Shown here: piece by piece, positions 36,886 to 49,260 of the stretch | Numbering within the stretch: the stretch's first letter is position 1 | How the letters are laid out: each line of letters opens with the position of its first letter | Assembly (NCBI GenBank): GCA_045863235.1 | Contig: BTUM01000009.1 | Span: 32,001-96,000, forward strand | Length of the DNA stretch: 64,000 nt | DNA from: Candidatus Xenobia bacterium | GTDB lineage: Bacteria > Vulcanimicrobiota > Xenobia > Xenobiales > QWHO01 | Reading direction: 5' to 3' | The notes under the pieces: generated by a model | The model's database searches: none | Seen by the model: the letters and a program-made list of their open reading frames with translations, nothing else | Told to the model about the DNA's origin: nothing | Made by a program: the position numbers and the translations under genes

Positions 36886-37827
36886 TCAGGTGGGCGCGTT
36901 CGGATCGGTCACCGGGCCCTCGGTCGAAGGCTGAGCGGTTTCCCGGGGGTCGGCCTCAAGAGGCGGCAGCTCGGGAGGGTGGCGCCGGCGCCACCAGCGC
37001 AGGCCCAGGGCCACCAGTTGGGCCAGCAGCACGGGCGGGAAAACCAGCATGGGCACCAGCAACGCCAGCGAGATGGCCTGTGACATGACCAGCTCGAAGG
37101 CAAACCGCTCGACGTGGGGCTTGAGGTGCACCCGGCAGATGGAGATGGCGATCTCCTCGGAGGTGACCAGACCGTCCCTGTCACTGCTATGCAGGTCCTT
37201 GACGACCGGGCGGATCACCTTCATCCGCTTGTCCACCGAGCTTCTGGTCCACCACCCGATGGTCCAGCGAATGATGAAACGCGACATACCGGCGGCGCGA
37301 CCCTGCTTGTCGGCCCCGATGCGCTGGTTGACCTGATCGCAAGCTTCGCTCTCGAGCCACTCGGGCAATCCCAGGGCCAGCTGCTCCACCTGCTCGAGCT
37401 TGACCGGCTGGGCGTTCTCGAGGTAGGTGCGGGCCTGAACGATCTGCTCGGACTTCTCGGCCGTGGGATGGTGGGAGGCCGAGATGGCCAGGCTCACCAC
37501 GGTCTGGAAAGCGAGCTTGCCCGACTGTTCGACCAGCGGTTCCTTGTGCACGAAGGATTTGACCTCGATGGCCAGCCCCGCGGTCAGGCCGGCCAGGGCC
37601 ATCAGGCAGGGGATGCTCACCACCCACACCGATACTACCGTCCAGCGGTAGAAGGGGTCGATGACCAGCCCCATGTCCAGCCAACCTCGACGGAACAAGA
37701 GCTTCCAGGCCAGCAGAGTGAGGAAGACGCCCAGCACCACGCCGGCGCAGGTACCAAGCCCCAGCCAGAGGAAGAGCTCGCCCACGTTGCGGGCCATGCA
37801 GTCGATAACCAGCCGAGCGGTCTGCAC
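36886..37827 (-). CDS. Hypothetical membrane protein
   Basis: Three hydrophobic segments; start codon uncertain. Confidence 0.7.
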   Translation of the reverse strand: MQTARLVIDCMARNVGELFLWLGLGTCAGVVLGVFLTLLAWKLLFRRGWLDMGLVIDPFYRWTVVSVWVVSIPCLMALAGLTAGLAIEVKSFVHKEPLVEQSGKLAFQTVVSLAISASHHPTAEKSEQIVQARTYLENAQPVKLEQVEQLALGLPEWLESEACDQVNQRIGADKQGRAAGMSRFIIRWTIGWWTRSSVDKRMKVIRPVVKDLHSSDRDGLVTSEEIAISICRVHLKPHVERFAFELVMSQAISLALLVPMLVFPPVLLAQLVALGLRWWRRRHPPELPPLEADPRETAQPSTEGPVTDPNAPT

Positions 37828-37886
37828 TCCAAGCTTCTTCTCGCTGGCGACAGGAAACCCCTCACCGGTCAGTAAACCTCGTGTCC

Positions 37887-39392
37887 ATGTCGGAGGCGGA
37901 ACGGATCCAGCAGTTAGAGCGCGAGCTGATGCAGGCCCTGGAGAGCCTGCAGCAGGCCGAGCGCCGCATCACCCAGCTGGAAGAGCGAAGCCATCACGCC
38001 GAGGTGGTCGACGAAGAAACCCACAAGTTAGCCTTCGAAGACCCTCTGACGGGCCTGCCCAACCTGAACATCGTGCGCCAGTACGTGGAAATGAACCTCA
38101 AGCAGGTCTTCCGCTATCACCGTGCGGCCGCGCTGCTGGTGGTCGACCTGGATCGGTTCCGAGTCATCAACGACGCACTCGGGTTTGGCACTGGCGACGA
38201 GCTGCTTCGCCAGGTAGCCGAGCGCCTCAAGACGGCCGTGCGCGACTCGGACATCCTGGGACGCAAGGGAGAGGACGAATTCGTCATCCTGCTCACCCAG
38301 ATCGACGAGGAGCTTTCTCAGGAGCCCGAGCTGAAAGACCGTCAGCGCCAGCAGCTAGGTGAGCGGGCTCGTCACGTGGCCGAGCGAGTGGCCGAGGTGC
38401 TGGCCCCGCCCTTCGAGCTTCAGGGCCAGAAAGTGCACCTCTTTGCCAGCGTGGGGGTGAGCCTCTGCCCGGGGGACGCCGAGACCCCGATGCAGCTCTT
38501 CGAGCACGCCGACGTGGCCCTCTCCTACGCCAAGGAGCAGGGAAGGGGCCGTTCGCTGGTCTTCAGTCCCGAACTGCAAGAGCTGCGGATGCAAAAGCTC
38601 TTGCTCGAGAACCAGCTGCGTCTGGCCCACACCGAGAAGCAATTCGTGCTGCACTACCAGCCCATCGTGGAGCTTTCCAGCCGCAACGTGGTGGGGGTCG
38701 AGGCTCTGCTGCGCTGGCAGCACCCCCAGATCGGCATGCTGGGGCCGCGCGACTTTCTGCACGTGCTGGAGGAGACCGGTCTCATCATCCCCCTGGGCGA
38801 CTGGGTGCTGAAAGAATCCACCCGCCAACTGCGCGCCTGGGGCGACCAGGGGTTCGATCTCTTCCTGACGGTCAACCTCTCGCCCCGTCAGCTGTTGCAG
38901 GCCGACCTGATCCCCATGTTGCTGGACGTGCTGGGCCAGAACCAGATCGAGCCGAGGCACCTGGTGGTCGAGATCGCAGAGAGTGCGGCCACCACCATGG
39001 ACCCCGAGCGCATGAGCCGGGTGCTGACCGACCTGGGAGAAGCCGGGGTGCGGGTGGCTATCGACGATTTCGGCACCGGTCTGACCTCCATGAAGACCCT
39101 GCGGCTCGAGCACACGCGCCTGCTCAAGCTGGACCGCACCTTCGTGGCCGGCATCCCGGGCGAGCGAGCCAGCATGAGCGTTTGCATGGCCACCATCCGA
39201 CTGGCCGCCAGCCTGAACATGAAGTCCCTGGCCGAAGGGGTGGAGACCGAGCGCCAGTGCAACTATCTCACCAAGAACGAATGCGATCTCGGGCAGGGCT
39301 TCTTCTTCTCGCCGCCCCTGGCGGCCGAGGAGATCCCCGACTTGATCCGCCAGGGCAAACCGGGCGCGGAGATCATCGGCATCCGTGGCTGA
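37887..39392 (+). CDS. GGDEF-EAL protein with N-terminal coiled coil
   Basis: DPLTGLPN, variant GEDEF, YQP, EALLRW, IDDFGTG, LAEGVET. Confidence 0.93.
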   Translation: MSEAERIQQLERELMQALESLQQAERRITQLEERSHHAEVVDEETHKLAFEDPLTGLPNLNIVRQYVEMNLKQVFRYHRAAALLVVDLDRFRVINDALGFGTGDELLRQVAERLKTAVRDSDILGRKGEDEFVILLTQIDEELSQEPELKDRQRQQLGERARHVAERVAEVLAPPFELQGQKVHLFASVGVSLCPGDAETPMQLFEHADVALSYAKEQGRGRSLVFSPELQELRMQKLLLENQLRLAHTEKQFVLHYQPIVELSSRNVVGVEALLRWQHPQIGMLGPRDFLHVLEETGLIIPLGDWVLKESTRQLRAWGDQGFDLFLTVNLSPRQLLQADLIPMLLDVLGQNQIEPRHLVVEIAESAATTMDPERMSRVLTDLGEAGVRVAIDDFGTGLTSMKTLRLEHTRLLKLDRTFVAGIPGERASMSVCMATIRLAASLNMKSLAEGVETERQCNYLTKNECDLGQGFFFSPPLAAEEIPDLIRQGKPGAEIIGIRG

Positions 39393-42300
39393 GCCGCTGG
39401 AAGTTCCTCTCTTCCTGCTCACCTGCACTCTGGACAATGGTCTGACTCTGACCGAAGGAGTGTTTCATCCGGAAGTGTCCCGCTGGGGCAGCAAGAACCG
39501 CCCCTCCACGCGCGCCCTGGCGGAGAGCCTGCGGGTGCGAATCGAGCGAATGAGCCCGCTGGAGCTGGCCCGCCGGCTGCCCCCCGAGCAAGCCCGCCTG
39601 GTGCGCTGGACCCTGAACCTCCCCCCTCCGCGCCGGTCCGTCGCCTGGCAGGGCGATCTGGAACTGCAGTTCCACGCCCTGCTGTATCCCGTGGCCAACC
39701 TGTGGGCGGCCTATGTGCCAGCTCTGCAGAGCTCGTTCTTCGCTCCTGAAGAGGCCGCTCTGGAAGAGACGGCTCGCTCGGAGCTGCTCCAGGAGCTGCT
39801 GCGGCGCCGGCTGAACAGCCTGGATGCCCTGACCTTCCTGCAACGAGTGCGCACGCTGGTGGCCAGCGAATACCCGGTCACAGCCCGCCGCCACACGCTG
39901 AGGCAACTGGCCTCCCGCCAGGCCCAAAAGAGACTCCCCGCGGTGTTGCGCCAGGTGGGCACCGACCTGAGCACCGAAAGGCTCACCCCGGTCTATGAGC
40001 GTACCCCCCAGCTCGACCAGTTGGCGGCCCTGCTGACCGGGAAAAATCCCCGCTCGGTCCTGCTGGTGGGCCCCTCGGGGGTGGGCAAGTCGGCCCTCTT
40101 CCGCGAGCTGGCCCGGCGTCGACTCGATTACCAGCTGCAGGCCACCCCCTTCTGGGAGACCAGCGGGGCCCGCCTGATGGCCGGACAGGTAGCCTTCGGC
40201 AAGTGGCAGGAGCGCTGCCGGCGCCTGATTCTTGAGGCAGGACGGACGCGCGCCATCGTGCACCTGGGCAACCTGATGGAGCTTTGCCAGGTGGCCCGGC
40301 ACGAAACCAACCCCTTCGGGATGGCAGGCTTCTTGCGCCCGGCTCTGGCTCGAGGAGAGCTCCTGGCAGTGGTGGAGTGCCTGCCCGAGCAGCTCAGCCT
40401 GTTGGAGAAGGAGCAGCCTCACCTGCTGGAGGCTTTCGCCCGGCTGGAGCTGGCCGAGCCGAGCCGCGAGCAGGCCCTCAGCATCCTGCTGCAGAGCGCT
40501 TGCGACCTGGGCTTCAAGGGCCCCACCGAGACCGCTCGCCGGGTCGAGACCTTCCATCGCCGCTTTGCCGCCTACTCGGCTTTTCCCGGCCGAGCCTTGC
40601 GATTTCTCCGTGCCCTGGTGCAACAAAACCGCGAGGCGACCCCGGCCGACGCGGCCCGTGCTTTCCACCTGGAAACCGGACTCCCCCTCTGGCTGCTGGA
40701 CGAGTCCATCCCCTTCGACCCGCAATGGGCACGAGGCTGGTTTGCAGGCCAGGTCCTGGGCCAGCCGCGAGCCACCTCCCTGGTGGTGGACCGGCTGGCG
40801 CCCTCAAAGCCGGCCTCACCCGGCCTGATCGCCCCATCGCTTCCTTCCTGCTGATCGGGCCTACCGGGGTGGGTAAGACCGAAACCGCCCGGGCCCTGGC
40901 AGAATTTCTGTTCAGCGACCGCAATCGCCTGGTGCGCTTCGACATGAGCGAGTTCAGCGACCCCTGGGCGGTGGAGCGGCTGATCGGCTCGGAAGGGCTT
41001 TTGACCGCCCGGGTACGCGAGCACCCCTTCAGCGTGGTCCTCTTCGACGAGTTGGAAAAGGCCCACCCCGACTTCTTCGACCTCTTGCTTCAGGTGCTCG
41101 GCGAGGCGCGCCTGACCGACGCCTCCGGACGCCTGGCCGACTTCAGCAACAGCGTGGTCTTGATGACCTCCAACCTGGGGGCCCAGGAGTTTCAGAAAGG
41201 CTCGCTCGGCCTGCGCGCCCAGAGCGCCTCGGCCGAGCGCGAGTTCACCGAGGCGGTGCGTGCGGCCCTGCGCCCGGAGCTCTTCAACCGCATCGACCAG
41301 GTGCTGGCCTACGAACCGCTCTCGCCCGAGACGGTGCTGGCCATCGCCCGCCGCGAGCTGCAGCAGGTCAGTGCCCGGGAAGGGGTGGCCAGCCGCCCGG
41401 TGCGACTCGAGCTGGCCGACCAGGCCGCCAGCCGCCTGGCCGAGTCGGGCTACGATCCCCGCTACGGAGCCCGTCCGCTCAAGCGGACTCTGGAGCGAGA
41501 GCTGCTCGCTCCGCTGGCCGAGGAGCTGAACCGCCATCCCCCCGAGCTCCCTCTGGACATTTCGGTGCAGGGCAATCTTCAGCTCACCACAAGCCTGCGC
41601 CCCACCGGTTACGATCCGCTCGCCCGGGCGCGCTGGGCGGGCACATCCGTGGACCGGATCAGCAGCACCCGTCGGATGGGCCGTCAGGTGCTATCCGGTC
41701 CGCTGGTGACAGCCGTGCACAACGAAATGCACGCTCAACGCAAGCGACAACCCCGTAAACCGCCGGTCTACCATCCCGCTCAGGGCCTGCTGGACCGCCT
41801 TTCCCGATGGCTGACCGAGATGGAGCAGTTAGAGGAGACGGCCCTGTTGCAGTTCTCCGAGAGCCGCCGGGGCGGAAGCTTCGACGCCGAGCAGTTGCTG
41901 GCCGCCCAGGAGCGGGCCGCGAGCGAGCTGGAAGCCCTTCTGCTCGACCTCTACGAACGCCAGAAGCCCGGCCGACTGGCTACCGTAGGCATCTTCAGCG
42001 AGCGAGCCGAGCTGGTGATGCTGCTGGCGCGCGCCTACGCCTCGCTGGCCGGCCGCTATGGCTGGAAGCTCAAGCTGGAGAGCGTGCGCATCCGCAAAGG
42101 CGATCCGAGCGACCCCCTGGAGCGGCGAACCGAGCCGGACAGCTTCCTGGCCGGCCACTCCTCGGTCCTGGGCGTGTTGCTGAGCTTCGAGGGGCGGCTG
42201 GCGGCCGCCCGCCTGCTGGGAGAGTCGGGTCCGCAGGCCTTTACCGGGCCCAACCCGACCGAGTTGCTGGGCCTGCTGGTGGCGGTGCAGCCGGTCGCCC

Positions 42301-42506
42301 TGGAAGGCTATCGCCCTCCGGAGGGGGTCCACCGCCGTGGATTCACCAGCCACCAGGGCCGCCAGCGAATCTACGACCGGGAGGCCCGCACGGTCCAGGA
42401 TCCGGCACTCGGCAGTCGCGAGTGGACAGACCACCCCGGAGGGGCGCTGGGCAAGCTGATCGACGAGCGGCTGCGCCGCGAGGTCCTGGAGGCAGCTCTC
42501 CCCTGA
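39385..42506 (+). pseudogene. ClpA/ClpB-like AAA+ protein, frameshifted near 40800
   Basis: GPSGVGKS in the first ORF; GPTGVGKT, FDMSEF, LFDELEKAH and RPELFNRID in the second frame; adding one base at 40800/40801 fuses them (DRLA-ALKAGL). Confidence 0.8.
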
Positions 42507-42525
42507 CGGCGAATTCTCCAACCAG

Positions 42526-42900
42526 ATGAAGTCCAACCAGCCTCCGGGCATCTCTGACATTCGGCTTCTGAATTTCTGTCTGGCCTTGTCGCTCTGGTTG
42601 TCAGTGGCGGGCTGGCTGGCCCTGTTGCACTTCCTCACCCCCGGGGCAGCCAGTACCCTGCTGGTCGAGAAACGCGAGCCTTCCCTGATCGTGGCTTTCT
42701 GGGTCGGTTCTCTGGAGTACACGAGGGCCTTGATCGGCGTCAGTGTGGCCACGCTGCTGGCCCTGGGCTGGCTGCTGGTGGGCTATCTGCGCAAGGCGTC
42801 CCTCCGTCAGGGCTGGGTGTTGCCGCTGCTGATCGCCCTGATGCATGTCGCGGGCGTGGCTGCCCTGCTTCACCTTCTTGTTCCGGTGCTGCTGCGATGA
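42526..42900 (+). CDS. Hypothetical membrane protein
   Basis: About three TM helices; ATGA overlap with the next gene. Confidence 0.6.
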   Translation: MKSNQPPGISDIRLLNFCLALSLWLSVAGWLALLHFLTPGAASTLLVEKREPSLIVAFWVGSLEYTRALIGVSVATLLALGWLLVGYLRKASLRQGWVLPLLIALMHVAGVAALLHLLVPVLLR

Positions 42901-44480
42901 AAGACGCCCTCAAGCGTTACCTGATGGGGATGCACACCGGGCTGTGCGCAAGCGCCATCTTGCTGGTAGCATCCTGTCTGGCGGTGAGCTGGCACTACCG
43001 CTGGGTCTGGATGTCCCTCGACCTGGCCAGAAGCCCCCTGGGCTGGGTGCTCGAGCAGCATCCGAGCTGGAAGCTCGGCCTGCTGGCCGGAATCCCGGGC
43101 CTGGTCGGCCTGCTCATCATCTGGGCGGCCCTGGGCTTGCTGGTCGCCGGCCGGCGCAAGATCAAGAGCTCGGATCGCCCCTGGACCGTCGCCTACGGCT
43201 CCACCTTCTTCTTCATCTTCGTGCAGCTCTGCTGCCTGGGCTGGATGAGCCTCTTCTTGCTCGCCTGGCCCGCGCCCGATCCAGTGCATGACACTCCTCC
43301 TCCCACCGCCAGTCCCTCACCCAGCCCCGAGGCCAGCCCGAGCCCCTCCGCCTCCCCCTCTCCGAGCGCCTCACCCCTGGCTCTCAAGAATCCTTTCGCA
43401 GTCGGATCCAGCAGCCCCAGCCCTTCCGCCTCCCCGGCCACGGCCGACCCCTTCCTGCCCAGCAAGCCCTCCCAGCCCGTGGCGGGAGTGGGCACGGGCC
43501 GCTACGTGGAGTTCTTCGATGGCATGACGCTTACGGTGGAGCGCGAGTTTGACCTCGGTCGCCCCTCCAACCCCCGCCAGTTCACGACCCGCGACGGGAC
43601 ATTGTACTGGTGCGACGGAGCCCACCTGACCGCGGTCGACCTGACCCAGGGCGCTTCCACCTGGCGGGTGGAGACCACGGGCGAAGAGGATGTAGTGGCC
43701 GCCATCAGCGGCCTGGTGCTGACCCGCGGCCCTGGTAACAAGACCTTCGCCCACGCGAGCTCAGACGGCGAGCTGCGCTGGCAGCACCAGGGGACCATCC
43801 TGGTGGATGGCGACCGGCTTTTTCAGGTGGCCGCCGATGAGCAGAGCCTGGGCAAGCCCCTGGAGGGACCCGCCACGGTGCTGGTGCGGCTCGATCCTCA
43901 GACGGGCAAACCCAAGGGTGAGCTGGTACGGCTGAAGTATCCACTGCTCGAGCCCCAGGTCGATGGGGCCGTGGTGGTAGGGCGAGCCACCGAGACCTCC
44001 ATGCTGCATATCCTGGACGCGACCACGGGGGGGCTGCTCTGGAGCTCGACCGATGCCGGAGGCTTCCTGGCCCGCAGCGGTCGGCTCTACATCAGCGTCG
44101 AGGACGGCACCTACGTGCGAGAGCTGCGCACCGGCAAGCCCCTGGCCGCAGGTCGGACATTGGCCGGCTCGGTGGTGGCCTCCTTCGCGGGCAGCGCCGT
44201 GCTGCACGACCCCGTCAAGCAAGAGCTGGTGGCCTACGATCCCACCAATGGCGAGGCCCTGTGGGGCTGGGAGCAGGTGCGGGGCTGGCCCCTGGTGGGT
44301 CGCGAGGGGATGCTGCTCCTGGGCAGCGAGAACGGCGCGCCTTTGCTCATCGCCTACGACGGCAAGGGAGGCCAGCTTTTCAAGGGCCCCCTCGATCCGG
44401 CACTGGGACTGCGCGGAGTGCTGGGCGCGCGCGACAACCTGGTGGTCTTGCTGATCGAGAAACAGGCCGTGGCGCCATGA
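42897..44480 (+). CDS. Membrane protein with Ser/Pro linker and PQQ-like beta-propeller
   Basis: Three TM helices; SPSPSPEASPSPS; repeats DLTQGASTW, DGELRW, DATTGGLLW, DPTNGEALW. Confidence 0.8.
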   Translation: MKDALKRYLMGMHTGLCASAILLVASCLAVSWHYRWVWMSLDLARSPLGWVLEQHPSWKLGLLAGIPGLVGLLIIWAALGLLVAGRRKIKSSDRPWTVAYGSTFFFIFVQLCCLGWMSLFLLAWPAPDPVHDTPPPTASPSPSPEASPSPSASPSPSASPLALKNPFAVGSSSPSPSASPATADPFLPSKPSQPVAGVGTGRYVEFFDGMTLTVEREFDLGRPSNPRQFTTRDGTLYWCDGAHLTAVDLTQGASTWRVETTGEEDVVAAISGLVLTRGPGNKTFAHASSDGELRWQHQGTILVDGDRLFQVAADEQSLGKPLEGPATVLVRLDPQTGKPKGELVRLKYPLLEPQVDGAVVVGRATETSMLHILDATTGGLLWSSTDAGGFLARSGRLYISVEDGTYVRELRTGKPLAAGRTLAGSVVASFAGSAVLHDPVKQELVAYDPTNGEALWGWEQVRGWPLVGREGMLLLGSENGAPLLIAYDGKGGQLFKGPLDPALGLRGVLGARDNLVVLLIEKQAVAP

Positions 44481-45586
44481 ATCTCCGAGCCATCGTTCCC
44501 ACCCTCCTCCAGTCCGCCACACCACTGCGGGCCTCAGGCATGCCGATCACCACCCAGACCGAGATCGTCGCCCAGCCCGGCGAGTCGGTTCAGCTCTCGT
44601 CTGCCCGGCCGCCTCGCCCGGACAGACCGGGACGACTGGCCATGATCCGCCAGAGCATCGATGCGGCTCTGGAGGCCGCCGGTCAGTTTGCCACCGGACC
44701 CCTGGCCCAATGTGCCTGCAAGGTGCTGCAGGGCAAAATCAAGCCAGCTCCCGCCGTAGTACCCGACAGCGACCTCGGGGAGCTGCCTGCGGCCCGGATG
44801 CAACGGCCGGTGATGTTCGTGCCCGGCTTCCACACCCCCATCGAGCGCTTCACCCCCCTGGTCGACAAGCTGAAAACCGATAACGGTCCCGTCCACTACA
44901 TCCGCCAGGGCAGATTCTACGCCGATTGCGAGTGCACGCAGCCGGTGGACAAGGTGGATCCGGACTGCAAGATCTTTGTGTCGGTCTTCTCGGCTTACAA
45001 CCTGGCACCCGACGGAGGCGGTGCCGACGAGCTGGCGCAAAACCTCGAAGCCCTGCGGCAGGTGGCAGGAACGGGCAAAGTGGATGTGGCCGCCTTTAGC
45101 ATGGGTGGCCTGACCACGCGAGAATATCTAGACCGTGGAGGAGAGGCGGTGGGCAAGCTCCACATGGTGGGCACCCCCAACCACGGCTCGGGCCTGGCCC
45201 GCATCACGATGGGCCTGCTGGAGGGAAAGGCCCGCGGTTACGAGGTCGACCTTCTGCTTGGCCTCAAGCACGTCGAGGCCGACGATGAGCCGGCCCTGAA
45301 GTGGCTTGCTCCCAACTCGCCGGCGCTGGCCCGCCTGAACGAGCGCTGGCCCGAGCAACGGTCTCGCCTGGAATCTGCCCGCTGTTTCGGCACCGATCTC
45401 AAGGCCACCGTGGGGAATCGCTTCATGCTGCAGCCCACCTGGGGCGATGGCATGGTGGCCGCCTCCAGCCTCGAGCTCCCCGGCATGCCGGTGCAGATGC
45501 TGCAGGACAAGAAGTATGCCCTGCACGGGAACCTGGTGGTCAGCCCCGAGTTCTACCTGGCCTTGCGCGACCACTTCGGCTGGTAG
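44477..45586 (+). CDS. Alpha/beta hydrolase (lipase/esterase-like)
   Basis: MFVPGF, AFSMGGL nucleophile elbow, GTPNHGS, GDGMV, His near the C-terminus. Confidence 0.85.
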   Translation: MNLRAIVPTLLQSATPLRASGMPITTQTEIVAQPGESVQLSSARPPRPDRPGRLAMIRQSIDAALEAAGQFATGPLAQCACKVLQGKIKPAPAVVPDSDLGELPAARMQRPVMFVPGFHTPIERFTPLVDKLKTDNGPVHYIRQGRFYADCECTQPVDKVDPDCKIFVSVFSAYNLAPDGGGADELAQNLEALRQVAGTGKVDVAAFSMGGLTTREYLDRGGEAVGKLHMVGTPNHGSGLARITMGLLEGKARGYEVDLLLGLKHVEADDEPALKWLAPNSPALARLNERWPEQRSRLESARCFGTDLKATVGNRFMLQPTWGDGMVAASSLELPGMPVQMLQDKKYALHGNLVVSPEFYLALRDHFGW

Positions 45587-45671
45587 GCGTGTTGGCCGCT
45601 CGGTCGGTGTCCGCGCTACAGCTCAAGACGCTGCAATGCAGTCGGGGCGTCGCGCAGCCGGGGCTCCCCCA

Positions 45672-47345
<1,674 letters not shown>

Positions 47346-47440
47346 AGGCAGGCGCACTTCGAACCCCGGCATTTGCGGCCCTGCAGGTCATAGGGCAAAT
47401 GCCCCTGGCCAGAGGGGCAATCTGGGAGTAAACTTCAAGT

Positions 47441-48190
47441 ATGAAGTTGCGCCATCACCTCTTCCATTCCAAGAGGACGCCTGGTCACTGGCTCAAGTGG
47501 GTGGAGGCGGGCAGCGGGCCCACCATCTTTTTCGTGCACGGCTGCTCCGGCAGTTGGACCAACTTCACGCCCCAACTGGCCGACCTCTCCAGCGACCATC
47601 ACGTGGTGGCTCTGGACATGCGCGGCCACGGCTCTTCTCCCTGGCCTGGTCCCTCTCAACTGGCCGATTTCGAGACCGACCTGGAGGAGTTCGTCACCGA
47701 GGTGCTGCCCGGCCGGTTCGTGCTGGTCCTGCATTCGTTCGGGGGCTGCGTGGGAGCGAGGCTGGCCGCCTCCATGCCCGACCGTACGGCGGCGGTGGCT
47801 TTCCTGAACACGGCCGGCTCGATTCCCAAGGGGCCCACCTACCGATTTCTGCAACTGATGAGCTCGCGGGCCCACCTCCTGAGCGAATCGATGCCCAACC
47901 TGGTCTCCACCAACTCGGAGGTCAGCCAGCACATGCTGTATTACACCCTCAAAGAGTGGGACGTCTGGGACCTCTACCCCAAAATCGAGGTGCCCTCGCT
48001 GGTGGTGCTGGGGGCGCTCGACCCGCTGATTCCGATCACCTCGGGTCTGCGGATGGCCCAGCTGTTGCCCGAGCAGAACCTGACCGTCTTCCCACTGGGC
48101 GGCCACGTCTCAATGTGGGAGCAGCCACGCCGGCTCAATGCCATGCTGCGCGCATTGAGCCGCCGAGTGTTGCTCTCTCGGGTGGCCTGA
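47441..48190 (+). CDS. Alpha/beta hydrolase
   Basis: FVHG, DMRGHGSS, HSFGG, GGHVSMWEQP. Confidence 0.9.
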   Translation: MKLRHHLFHSKRTPGHWLKWVEAGSGPTIFFVHGCSGSWTNFTPQLADLSSDHHVVALDMRGHGSSPWPGPSQLADFETDLEEFVTEVLPGRFVLVLHSFGGCVGARLAASMPDRTAAVAFLNTAGSIPKGPTYRFLQLMSSRAHLLSESMPNLVSTNSEVSQHMLYYTLKEWDVWDLYPKIEVPSLVVLGALDPLIPITSGLRMAQLLPEQNLTVFPLGGHVSMWEQPRRLNAMLRALSRRVLLSRVA

Positions 48191-48193
48191 AAA

Positions 48194-48228
48194 CGATGAT
48201 AGCCCGCCACCGGGACGGGCTATCATCG
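48194..48228. terminator. Perfect 13-bp hairpin between convergent genes
   Basis: CGATGATAGCCCG-N9-CGGGCTATCATCG. Confidence 0.6.
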
Positions 48229-48311
48229 CTGGAGTCGTGTTACGACCAGCTTCGCCAGCGTGCGCTCGCCCTTCTGGGAGCACATTCTGACGAGCTGGCG
48301 TCCTGCAACTT

Positions 48312-49046
48312 CTAGAACCGACTCTCCACGTAGTAGGGCAGCATCGAGCGCCAGGTGGGCCAGTCGTGAGGCATGTCGTAGCCCCAGATGTCCAGCTCGT
48401 GCGGAATGCCCTTGGTGTGCAGCAACCAGGACAGGTGGCGGCTGGCGTTGGGATTCTCATAGTCGCCCTGGCCGGTGACGATGTGGATGTGCTCCTTGTG
48501 GCGCAGCATGTGCAGGTAGCCACCGTTCAGGCCAGGGAGATACTCCACGATGTTGTTGAAGAAGATGTTCTCGTCGCCGTAGCCTTCCCCGTGGAAGTAT
48601 TCACGGATGTCGTAACAACCGCTCATGGCGATGGTCCCGGCGAACAGGTCGGGCCGTCGCAGCACCTGGTTCATCGCGTGGAACGCGCCCAGGCTGGCAC
48701 CGGAGGTGATGACGCCAACGCGTCCACCGCAGCTGTGCCAGATATAGGGGATCACCTCGTTCTCGAGATAGCTGTTGTACTGGGCCTGACGCACTCCCAT
48801 CCAGTATGGATGCTGGTGGCGGTTGAGCCAGGCTTCCTTGTTGATGCTGTTGATCGAGAAGACTTTGACCTTGCCCGAGTTGATCTGGTGCTCGAGGGCG
48901 TCGATCAGGAGAAAGCGCTCGTACTCAAGGAAGTCAGCAGCAGCCGTGGGGAACAACAAGAGCGGAAAACCCCAGTGGCCGTAAGTGACGATGTCCATAT
49001 AGCTGCCCAGGGACGGGCTGTACCAGCCGTCGATGACTCTACGCAT
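48312..49046 (-). CDS. Putative esterase family protein
   Basis: YGHWGFPLLLFPT, GASLGAFHA, HDWPTW. Confidence 0.88.
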   Translation of the reverse strand: MRRVIDGWYSPSLGSYMDIVTYGHWGFPLLLFPTAAADFLEYERFLLIDALEHQINSGKVKVFSINSINKEAWLNRHQHPYWMGVRQAQYNSYLENEVIPYIWHSCGGRVGVITSGASLGAFHAMNQVLRRPDLFAGTIAMSGCYDIREYFHGEGYGDENIFFNNIVEYLPGLNGGYLHMLRHKEHIHIVTGQGDYENPNASRHLSWLLHTKGIPHELDIWGYDMPHDWPTWRSMLPYYVESRF

Positions 49047-49260
49047 AGTGAGATTAACACTCCGATATGGGATGGTTTTCAAACAGGAAACCGCGAGATT
49101 ATATCCATCAGGGGCCCGGCCGTCCAGACTTTCGACGAACATTTTTTCTCAAAGGCTGCCTCCGGTCCGGTCCAGTCCTCCGGGCGGCAGAGGACATACT
49201 GAGCCTTGGGCCAGGGCCCCGAGTTAGCGCCTCTGTTCACGGTGATCGAGAAGCGGCACC

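Noticed and set aside
48196..48315. 39-aa ORF MIARHRDG...
   Set aside because: It starts inside a terminator-like hairpin between convergent genes and has no other support.
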